DNA from: Octopus bimaculoides | Taxonomy: Eukaryota | Length of the DNA: 35,420 nucleotides | NCBI RefSeq assembly: GCF_001194135.2 | Contig: NC_069007.1 | Span: 2,512,625 to 2,548,044, forward strand | Reading direction: 5' to 3' | Shown: piece after piece, positions 34,466 to 35,420 of the stretch | How positions within the stretch are numbered: position 1 is the stretch's first letter | How the letters are laid out: each line of letters begins with the position of its first letter | Program-made: the position numbers and the translations under genes | The notes under the pieces: generated by a model | What the model saw: the letters and a program-made list of their open reading frames with translations, nothing else | The model's database searches: none | Told to the model about the DNA's origin: nothing

Positions 34466-34640
34466 ATTATGTATGTATACACACACACATATATGCATAC
34501 ATTCATATACATCCATGCATACATAAATACACACATACATACGTACACACCTACCTACGTACATACATACTCACAATCATACATACACACATGTATACAG
34601 ACACACACACAGACATCAGACAGACAGACATTCATATGCC
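34320..34640. repeat. TA/CA/TACA/GACA compound microsatellite
   Basis: Directly visible. Confidence 0.9.
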
Positions 34641-35099
34641 TCTCATGAAAACAAAATTGTTACCTAGATTTCTGCCTAGCTTCTTTTATGTTATTCCTCG
34701 CGAAATTTAAAATTGCAAAGTTGATATTAGAAAATGAAAAATAATCTGTTGCATTAGTCGTAGTTAAAAAGATTTATTTAGCGTTTTATTTTCATCTTCC
34801 TTTCTTTAGAATTTTCTTTGAATCTTTCTTCTGCTTTGCTTATTTTCTTGTTTTTTTTTTTTCTCTCTTTTGATGACTGAAGGAAGACGAGATATGAATG
34901 GTAATGTCCTTCGCAGTATTTACAAGTGTCTGATTTTACAAACTCTTGAGAATGATGACAGCTCTCAAGCTGAGTAAAAAAAAAAATTACCTCAGTGATT
35001 TATGAATATATTCTTTTCTGAACAAAAAACCCTACCAGTGAAAATGGTGGTTGAATTGGTGAATGCGAAGAATAAATGTAACAAAATAATTCTATGTAA

Positions 35100-35201
35100 A
35101 ATACACGAAAACTCATATATACATATACGTAAGTGTGTGCATATGTATGCACGCGCGCACGCGTGTGTGTATGTGGTACATTATATAGATTTATATATAT
35201 G

Positions 35202-35242
<41 letters not shown>

Positions 35243-35397
35243 ATCACAGGCATATATAGACACAAACATATCTATATCAATATATCAATATATATATATA
35301 TATATATATATGCAGATATATGTATATAAATATGTTTGTATCTATATCAATATATATGTATATATATATATTGATATTTATTTATTTATTTATTTAT
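35100..35397. repeat. TA/TG/TTTA compound microsatellite
   Basis: Directly visible. Confidence 0.9.
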
Positions 35398-35420
35398 GTG
35401 TTTCAGCCAAGTGGCTGCGG
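35398..35420 (-). mobile_element. Probable 3' end of a family A SINE cut by the window edge
   Basis: TTTCAGCCAAGTGGCTGCGG resembles TTCAGCCATTGAACTGCGG at 29330-29348. Only about 20 bp are visible. Confidence 0.5.

Noticed and set aside
34945-34975. CTTGAGA...TCTCAAG stem with TGATGA and CTGA (C/D snoRNA-like)
   Set aside because: The boxes are only about 15 nt apart, far too short for a snoRNA.
209-35269. Dozens of ORFs rich in YI/CV/HT/TH repeats or X runs
   Set aside because: They are translations of TA, TG, CA and TACA microsatellites or of N gaps, which lack stop codons.

Overview
This window is AT-rich eukaryotic non-coding DNA with the repeat profile of an octopus (coleoid cephalopod) draft assembly. 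It has dense (TA)n/(CA)n/(TG)n/(GATA)n microsatellites and ten N gaps, almost all abutting (TA)n tracts. I find no confidently supported host protein-coding exon, RNA gene or CRISPR array; nearly all ORFs in the supplied track are microsatellite or N-gap artefacts. What can be read is a graveyard of mobile elements. There are three tRNA-derived SINE families in about 15 fragments. There are also decayed coding relics of a Penelope-like GIY-YIG element, an RTE LINE, two L1/Tx1-type LINE pieces, two R4/NeSL-type restriction-like-endonuclease (RLE) retrotransposon pieces, a CRE-clade RLE retrotransposon and a mariner transposase. The most interesting observations are: (i) two RLE retrotransposon relics that each break a SINE at the same CCCGTAA motif, with the geometry of antisense insertion; (ii) a SINE tRNA head fused directly to the CRE fragment; (iii) modules shared and swapped between SINE families; (iv) a perfect 15-bp-stem TTAA-flanked hairpin. 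Clade names come from manual translation and recalled motifs, not from database searches.
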